40,887 nt of DNA from a virus (Duplodnaviria > Caudoviricetes): positions 1-40,887 of IMG/VR virus record IMGVR_UViG_3300038492_000133; one strand, written 5' to 3'. This document shows, piece after piece, positions 35,013 to 40,887 of this stretch. The position numbers were made by a program, and so were the translations under genes. The notes under the pieces were generated by a model. The model saw only the letters and a list, made by a program, of their open reading frames with translations. It made no database searches and had not been told where the DNA came from. The first letter of the stretch is position 1, and each line of letters opens with the position of its first letter.

Positions 35013-35217
35013 TGGCGGCGAAGCAGGCAACCGGCCCTCAGTAGTGAGCACAGACCGACGTTCAAGCTGGCATGTCCCGGTGATAGCGCCCGCCAGCAAC
35101 ACCACAGGCCCTTTCCGGTTTCGTAGCCGAAGCCTTCCTACTCCCGGCTTGCAGTTCAATCGCTCACTTGCTCCTGCGGCCCTCACCATGACCTCACGTT
35201 TCCCGGCCTGCTTCGCC
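35013..35217 (-). ncRNA. Putative structured RNA with 12-bp terminal stem and NCCA 3' end
   Basis: GGCGAAGCAGGC (35217-35206) pairs with GCCTGCTTCGCC (35028-35017), followed by GCCA; internal stems. Confidence 0.55.
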
Positions 35218-35463
35218 ATCGTCCCCTGTAGAAAGTCGCAGAATCAAGCTTGAGTCTGAATCAGCGTCCCACATGCCGCTGTGCAGCCGATGGTAGGCTG
35301 ACTGCCTCACCCAACCTCCGCGGCAGTCGTAGAAGCTTCCATTGAACACTTCAACGGTGTCCAGTTTGTCACCGAAACCCTTCACGATGTCACGTTCGTA
35401 CTTCGTCTCTGGAGTCAGTACGAGTTGGGTTACGCCGTCTTCGATGTAGATTGCTGTTTTCAT
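35194..35463 (-). CDS. Conserved hypothetical phage protein
   Basis: MKTAIYIEDGVTQLVLTPET...CRGGWVR. Confidence 0.65.
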   Translation of the reverse strand: MKTAIYIEDGVTQLVLTPETKYERDIVKGFGDKLDTVEVFNGSFYDCRGGWVRQSAYHRLHSGMWDADSDSSLILRLSTGDDGEAGRET

Positions 35464-35977
35464 GTGTGCGTGCGCTAGTCGCTATCCAGAGGTTTCTGCA
35501 GCCAGGAGTACCCACAACGCTGGCACTGGCGCCGCATGTGTTCTTCTCCCATGGATTCCTCGTGCTTGGTGGTGACGTGCTGTCCACCGCACTTTGGACA
35601 CCTAGCCGTTTCTCGGTATTTCTCCATGTCAGGCTATCTCCTTGGGGCGATCCTTGATGATCGACATGCCAGCCCAAGGTGGGCTGTGCTTTCGCCAGCA
35701 GCCCATGCAGAGGCTGCCCATCACACCGCAGTCGAACTTCTCCCGCCAAAAATGCCAGCAGAAACGTTTCCGGTGATAGGTTTCCTTGTACCAGCTCACG
35801 TTAGTCGCTCTCCAATTCGTCAGGATCGAGCCCGGCTTGTCTCGCGATCTCGCGTGCGCGAGTGTGAATCCGCCGAATGTCTCGGCGAGCCTTCCACCGC
35901 ACAACGGCATCTTCGAGCATCACCCAGACAACGACGATCATGGCCGCAGATCCTAGGTAAAAGACGGTCTTGTCCAT

Positions 35978-36166
35978 CTACTCCTCCAATTCGTCCAGCC
36001 ACTCTCTCAGTTGCGATACACCGCCCGTAGGCAGCCTGGACCGGAGCGCATCAAACGAGACAGGCGCCCCTCCTTCTGCGTCGAATAGGCCGGTCTCGGG
36101 GTCGTAGCGCAGCTCCTTGGCTGTGTTTGGGTGTACGGCGATTTCACTCGGGACTTTGTGTTTCAT
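35978..36166 (-). CDS. Hypothetical protein
   Basis: GGAGG RBS; overlap coupling. Confidence 0.5.
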   Translation of the reverse strand: MKHKVPSEIAVHPNTAKELRYDPETGLFDAEGGAPVSFDALRSRLPTGGVSQLREWLDELEE

Positions 36167-36501
36167 GGCGTTACCTCCTGAGCGGTATGGTAACTGTCCG
36201 GAGTTTGGTGACTGTCCAGGACCTCAAGAGCCACCCTGGCAAAGTCGCCAACATGATATTCGTCCTTGACGTTGTTGCCGGCGCCCTCGAATGCATCAAT
36301 CACTATCTGCCAGTCCCAGTACGTCTTGCGCATCCACTCCAGCACAGCATAGTCGTCGTTGGCGTCGGTGAAGGGGTCGGGGAGCGGCATGTGCGGTATT
36401 TCCGCCCATCCGCCAGGGTCGTTGGGATTGTAAAGAGCGCCGTCCCGTACTACCCATTCCATCGCCTCGGCCAGCCGGATCCTGTTTTGCTTCTGACTCA
36501 T
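36163..36501 (-). CDS. Hypothetical phage protein
   Basis: IRLAEAMEW...LPDPFTDAND motif. Confidence 0.6.
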   Translation of the reverse strand: MSQKQNRIRLAEAMEWVVRDGALYNPNDPGGWAEIPHMPLPDPFTDANDDYAVLEWMRKTYWDWQIVIDAFEGAGNNVKDEYHVGDFARVALEVLDSHQTPDSYHTAQEVTP

Positions 36502-36649
36502 ACGTCTAGCTCAGCTCCGCACTTAGGGCAGAACGCGAATATCACGTGCTCCCAATCGATGCCGTCGAATTCCTCGGTTTCGTAAACCAGTTGGATACCC
36601 TCATCGTCGTAGTCGATGAGTCCGAGGATGTGATCGCACGGTTGCTGAC

Positions 36650-37054
36650 TCATTCGAGCAGTTCCTGTTGTGGCGCCTTCGACATGATCCGGCGCATCTT
36701 CTCGCTTGCGTCGTAGTTCAGGTGACACCACTGGCACATAGCGGCCAGACGGTCATCGGCAACGTCGTGGTTCTCCTCGTCGTGGTCCAGGTGTGCAATC
36801 GTCAGCACGACCTTGACGGGTTTCGTCTCATTTGGCAGCGCGTACAGGCTCATACGGGCTATGTCGCTGGCATCCGATAGCCAGAACCGCCGAACTTTGT
36901 ACCGCGTTCCCTCGCGAACCCAGAGCGCCAGAGACATGACTTCTGAGCCGTTCCCGAGCCCGCATTGCTTGCAGGAATTGCCGTCACGCTCGAGAATTCG
37001 AGGAACAATCTCGTTCTTCCAGTTCGGCGGGTATTTGCTGTAGTCGATTGGCAC
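36650..37054 (-). CDS. HNH-family endonuclease
   Basis: YPPNW, CKQCG, VLTIAHLDHD, MCQWCHLNYD. Confidence 0.8.
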   Translation of the reverse strand: MPIDYSKYPPNWKNEIVPRILERDGNSCKQCGLGNGSEVMSLALWVREGTRYKVRRFWLSDASDIARMSLYALPNETKPVKVVLTIAHLDHDEENHDVADDRLAAMCQWCHLNYDASEKMRRIMSKAPQQELLE

Positions 37055-37063
37055 CGGGACCTC

Positions 37064-37258
37064 TCAATACCGTCGCCGTCTCTGTCTGCGCAGCTCGTCG
37101 TCTGCACAATCTTGTGAGTCTCGACCATTCCAGTAACAATCATCTATGCAGTCGTCGCTGATGGCGTCTGGATTTCCTCCGCGCATATAGACTTCGCATA
37201 CGACATCGGCGTGATACTTGCGCTGTGCTTCGCGCTGAAGTTGGTACTTGTCACTCAT
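37064..37258 (-). CDS. Hypothetical protein
   Basis: GAGGAG RBS. Confidence 0.55.
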   Translation of the reverse strand: MSDKYQLQREAQRKYHADVVCEVYMRGGNPDAISDDCIDDCYWNGRDSQDCADDELRRQRRRRY

Positions 37259-37270
37259 TGGTAATTCTCC

Positions 37271-37429
37271 TCAACAGTCCTGAATCATCTGATCGAAGAT
37301 GCAATCTTCGCAGTTGTAGTCGCCGTCTTCGTCGACGCAAACGGCGTCGTCATCGCAATTCCAGCACTTTGCGACCCCGGTCTCCTGACAGTCCGAACAA
37401 CCTTCACCAAAACAATATCCGCAGATCAT
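37271..37429 (-). CDS. 52-aa Cys-rich protein (not in ORF track)
   Basis: MICGYCFGEGCSDCQETGVAKCWNCDDDAVCVDEDGDYNCEDCIFDQMIQDC; TAAGG RBS. Confidence 0.6.
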   Translation of the reverse strand: MICGYCFGEGCSDCQETGVAKCWNCDDDAVCVDEDGDYNCEDCIFDQMIQDC

Positions 37430-37438
37430 GATCGAACC

Positions 37439-37852
37439 TTAATAGGCTGTGTCTGACCACTGAATCAAAAGCCCGTTGAACGGCCAAAGCACGTCTTTGT
37501 GCAGAGCGATATGCGTGTACGAATCGCGGAACCACTTGCACAAAGTCGCCATGTCATCGAAGCCATCGTTAAATGCGAACAGCTCGAAATCCGCGGCGGC
37601 CAGGCGCTTTCCGTCAATCTCGATCGTCGGTAATCCAGACGACTCTGGTATCCACATCTGGATGTCACGGACTCGCGTACACACATCCTCCCCAAGCTTT
37701 CGGCAGCGATTCGTGCGCTGTCCAGTGTACTGATAGAGTGTCTGCCCCGGCTTCGGGTTGCGACCGTCTTTCCGATACTGCCGAATGGTATGGATCTTCG
37801 AGCCATTCTCGTATTTCGCCGCAATCTCCGGTTTGTAGTTAAGCGCTGGCAT
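37439..37852 (-). CDS. ASCH (PUA-like) domain protein
   Basis: LNYK....YENGSKIHTIR...PG..LY.YTG.RT; FAFNDGF. Confidence 0.8.
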   Translation of the reverse strand: MPALNYKPEIAAKYENGSKIHTIRQYRKDGRNPKPGQTLYQYTGQRTNRCRKLGEDVCTRVRDIQMWIPESSGLPTIEIDGKRLAAADFELFAFNDGFDDMATLCKWFRDSYTHIALHKDVLWPFNGLLIQWSDTAY

Positions 37853-38393
37853 TTCTGTGCTGGACCTAACTGATCTCCGACAAACCGATGAGTAGGTTCA
37901 TAATCCCGCAGCAAATGTACAGGGCACTCAGCATAGACTCTCCTGCTAGTGCCTGAATTGTTGCTCCAATAAACCAAATCACGCCCGACGAAATCCACAA
38001 TGCTGCCGCAATACTCATCGTCTTAGCTGGTCTCTTCTTTGCAACTATTCGGGCTGATTTTGTATTCGATTCCGCAGACAACGCATCGCACAGTATCGAA
38101 CCAATGTCCCTCATAGATTGTTTCAAATTTCTGATGACACCATTTGCTCGTATCGGCGTCGTCTGGCATAGGGTTTTCTGGTGTACAAAGCTCCATGACT
38201 TACTTGAGCAGCGTCAGTGCGATAGAGAATCGAACATCGCGCCAGTCGCCGCCGTCTTCATCCTGCACACTGACAATGACCTCTGCTGGGTCGAGTGTTG
38301 ACGGCCAGAAGACGCGATAGTCCCACGGTAGGCGCCCATCGAATGCGGGCTCAATCATGCGCTTAATTGCCGTTTGTTCTGCTCGTGCTGTCA

Positions 38394-38612
38394 TTAATCT
38401 ATCCCCGGCCATGAAATCCAAATGTGCTTATGCCGGCAGTCGCACTTGTAGCCGCGCCCGCCTTGGCTATCCATGTCGAAAGGGCGCCAGATGTTGTTGC
38501 AGTCCGGGCACCAACCGTTATTCCAGAGTTTTTTCTCTGATCGGTAACCCCAGACGCAGCTCGCAATCATCAGCGCAAGTACGGTAAAGCCAATGTAGTC
38601 AGCCAGTGTCAT
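38394..38612 (-). CDS. Small membrane-anchored Zn-ribbon protein
   Basis: TM plus WNNGWCPDC..DSQGGRGYKC. Confidence 0.6.
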   Translation of the reverse strand: MTLADYIGFTVLALMIASCVWGYRSEKKLWNNGWCPDCNNIWRPFDMDSQGGRGYKCDCRHKHIWISWPGID

Positions 38613-38624
38613 CGCCTGTATGGG

Positions 38625-38987
38625 TCACTGTTTGTTCAGCCAATGCCACGCATGTCCATCGAAATCCGGAGCGCGCCATCTTTGCGAATGACACATTGCT
38701 CGAACTTCTGCGCGACACTCCTCCAGCGCCCTGCGATATCCGCGCTGGTACCAAACCTCGTGACCGTGTTTGGCGTGCTTTTGATCGACTAAGGATTGGC
38801 GAATACGCGCCTTCCAGAGGTCCTTTGCCTTGATAAGATCGCGTCGCACGGCCAGCCATTTGAATACGCCTCGTCTGAGAAGGCTCTCGTAAACAACATC
38901 TTCGGGGGCGTAATCTGCTAGATCACGAACTACATAGGTGACCTTGTTTTGTCGCTCCAGCCAGATATTTTTTGGGTTTAGATTCAT
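38625..38987 (-). CDS. Hypothetical protein
   Basis: Clean ORF with GAAGG RBS. Confidence 0.6.
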   Translation of the reverse strand: MNLNPKNIWLERQNKVTYVVRDLADYAPEDVVYESLLRRGVFKWLAVRRDLIKAKDLWKARIRQSLVDQKHAKHGHEVWYQRGYRRALEECRAEVRAMCHSQRWRAPDFDGHAWHWLNKQ

Positions 38988-39590
38988 TGCCTTCTGTGAT
39001 TATTTCCCGAACTGTTTTTCCAGCTCATCCATTGAGTGCCGGTAGCCGTGGCGTATTCCCCATGCAATTAGCCCGAGCACGAGCCCGACCAAAATCAGCG
39101 GAATGAAGAACACGTAAGCGGCTACGGACATGCCCGCGAACTGGAACAGCTCTTTCCACTGCGCCTTCATCAGTCCACGTGCTCCCCGCCGCGACCCTTT
39201 AGCGGATACTTCGGCTGCTTCTTGGGTGGGCGGCGAATCGCTAGGACGACTATCGTGACAGCGAATGCAGCAGCAACCACGACCGACCACTGCAAGAGCG
39301 CGTAGCCCACAACGAGGACGACGAACGGCAGCCAGAAATAGGGTGTTTTCAGAAACTTCATTTCGGCGCAAAGATCAGTAGCAGGACGACCAGCACGATG
39401 AATCCGCCCCAGGCGATCATGTCGTAGAGCCAGTCTCGGAATTCCGCATCGCTCATGTCGCCGCGAATCCACTTCGGCACTCTCATCGCGTCACCCATAT
39501 GAGGAACAGCAGGATCAAGCCCAGATGCAGGACGCCGATCACGTAGCCGCTACGGGTTGCTCGCTCGATGTCGTCGCGGGTGTACACGGC

Positions 39591-39833
39591 CTACCACGGA
39601 ATCTCGTCATTGAACGGCACGCCGTCGTCTGGCGTGCGCTGTTGCGGCTGCTGGTCTTTGCGCTCGAACTTGAGGCTTTGGTACTTGTTACCGTTCTTCT
39701 CGTTCGTCCAAGCCGCAATCCAGTACTCGACGCCATCAATGATCGCGCTGCCCTTGGCGTGAGGATGCGTTTCTTTCTCGCGCCGGTCGTTCTTGAACAG
39801 CGAGCCAGTGTTGGGTTTGTGTTGGAATGCCAT
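39591..39833 (-). CDS. Small phage ssDNA-binding protein
   Basis: GSLFKN...G...IDGVEYWIAAW...SL; acidic tail DEIPW. Confidence 0.8.
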   Translation of the reverse strand: MAFQHKPNTGSLFKNDRREKETHPHAKGSAIIDGVEYWIAAWTNEKNGNKYQSLKFERKDQQPQQRTPDDGVPFNDEIPW

Positions 39834-40426
39834 TAGCCGTTCCTCGTCTTCTCGAAATCGTTACTGCCCCACTTGAGCTGCTTAGTCTCGCGTGGGTTAA
39901 ACGCACCGCCCTTGGTCCAGGCACGGTTGAGCGCCAGTTTGTCCTCGTTGGGGATCTCGCTCATGGCCTCTTTGGCGGCGTCGAAGTTGTCTTCGGCTAG
40001 GAACCCCCGAACGGCCTGGATGCTGTCGTAATTCCCCTCGAAGGCGTCCATGAAGGCCCGGTTGGCCGCCCACATTTCGCGCTCTTTCTGCTGAATCAGC
40101 GCACCCGACAGTTCGTCGGCAGAGGCATATTCGGAGCCAGCAAGGCCGAAAGCAGCCAGTGCCCTACCGATTGCTGAGGTCTCGCAGTTCTCGACTGCGG
40201 ACGTTTCGTTGATCTGCGTAGAGCCTCGGATCTCCTCGGCGTATCCCGTGGCTATGAGGCGCTCACCGTCCAAGATGCTGGCCTTCATGATGACCCGCTC
40301 CTGGTCCTGGAGTACGAGGTCGGTCTGGATGGTCCAGTCCGGATGCTGCTCGCGAAATCTGGCGACCCTTGCCGAAACCATCGTGTACTCACGGCCACGG
40401 ATAGTGACAACGCCGTTATTTGCCAT
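39833..40426 (-). CDS. Single-strand annealing recombinase (Rad52/Erf-like)
   Basis: ATGYAEE...SAVENCETSAIGRALAAFG; adjacent to SSB. Confidence 0.75.
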   Translation of the reverse strand: MANNGVVTIRGREYTMVSARVARFREQHPDWTIQTDLVLQDQERVIMKASILDGERLIATGYAEEIRGSTQINETSAVENCETSAIGRALAAFGLAGSEYASADELSGALIQQKEREMWAANRAFMDAFEGNYDSIQAVRGFLAEDNFDAAKEAMSEIPNEDKLALNRAWTKGGAFNPRETKQLKWGSNDFEKTRNG

Positions 40427-40592
40427 TGAGATACTCCTCCAGTTCTTTGCGGTACTCCTCGTGCTGCTTCCAGACCTCGGAATCCGGCCCCAGGAGATAC
40501 CAGTACGGCTCGTCTTCGCGGTCGTCCTGTGGTGCGCGCTCCATTTCCTTGGGGTCGCGCTGCAGCTCCTCGATGTAGTCGCTGGAGTTCAT
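40419..40592 (-). CDS. Small acidic hypothetical protein
   Basis: MNSSDYIEELQRDPKE...ELEEYLNGK; overlaps both neighbours. Confidence 0.45.
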
Positions 40593-40887
40593 TCGGCTTG
40601 CTTCATCAGATATCCACCCGGAGACATCACGCCGTACTGCTCGTCCGGCTCCTGCCAGTACTTCTCGATGAAATCGTTGATGTCGTCGCGTACCTCATCG
40701 TTGTCTCTGAGCGTCGCCCTCAGAGCCGATAACGCACCGGGAGCGCCACTGACGAAGAACGCCTTGATGGTCTCCATGAGGTCGTCATACGAGAGGTAGC
40801 TCTCGAGGAGTTCGAACATCTCCTCGGGCTCATGTGCCTGTAGATAGGCGCTGATGAGCTGCTCACGCTCCTCTGGTGTGAGGTCGT
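40589..40887 (-). CDS. Hypothetical protein, 5' truncated by the window end
   Basis: Frame stays open to the end of the sequence. Confidence 0.55.
   Translation of the reverse strand, partial: DLTPEEREQLISAYLQAHEPEEMFELLESYLSYDDLMETIKAFFVSGAPGALSALRATLRDNDEVRDDINDFIEKYWQEPDEQYGVMSPGGYLMKQAE

Larger units (their letters stand above)
18..40887. mobile_element. Temperate podovirus-like phage genome, near complete, excised (attP) configuration
   Basis: terL, portal, scaffold, MCP, adaptor/nozzle/ejection genes, no tape measure or tail tube, lysis cassette, integrase next to a tRNA 3' half. Confidence 0.95.

Noticed and set aside
1-40887. CRISPR array, DGR/retron reverse transcriptase, IS element, and the many antisense ORFs in the track
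   Set aside because: No repeat-spacer periodicity, RT motif or transposase noticed by eye; most opposite-strand ORFs are shadows of well-supported genes

Overview
This window is a near-complete (~41 kb) genome of a temperate, short-tailed (P22-like podovirus architecture) phage. Spanin genes indicate a Gram-negative host. The phage is in its excised form: attP is intact and carries the 3' half of a tRNA-Lys(CTT). Bases 1-17 are a random-amplification primer, not phage DNA. The + strand order is: XRE HTH regulator, then (on -) a NYN RNase with a divergent putative sRNA, a structured non-coding region plus a DnaT-like gene, nin/Q, a pectate-lyase/decoration block, terS/terL, portal, a Hint/GNAT-like/DNRLRE block, scaffold, capsid, a glycosyltransferase/methyltransferase block, adaptor, a nozzle split into three ORFs, ejection proteins, tailspike, lysis, accessory genes and attP. 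The - strand then carries an Int-arm-domain/HNH fusion, integrase, xis and the early-left genes (ASCH, HNH, SSB, SSAP). The best novelty candidates are: the integrase-arm-domain-HNH gene inside attP; the virion gene apparently split by Hint plus GNAT-like genes; the NYN plus sRNA cassette; a possible RNA-primed origin beside the DnaT-like gene; and a 205-nt NCCA-ended structured RNA. All family calls come from motif recognition by eye, with no database searches.
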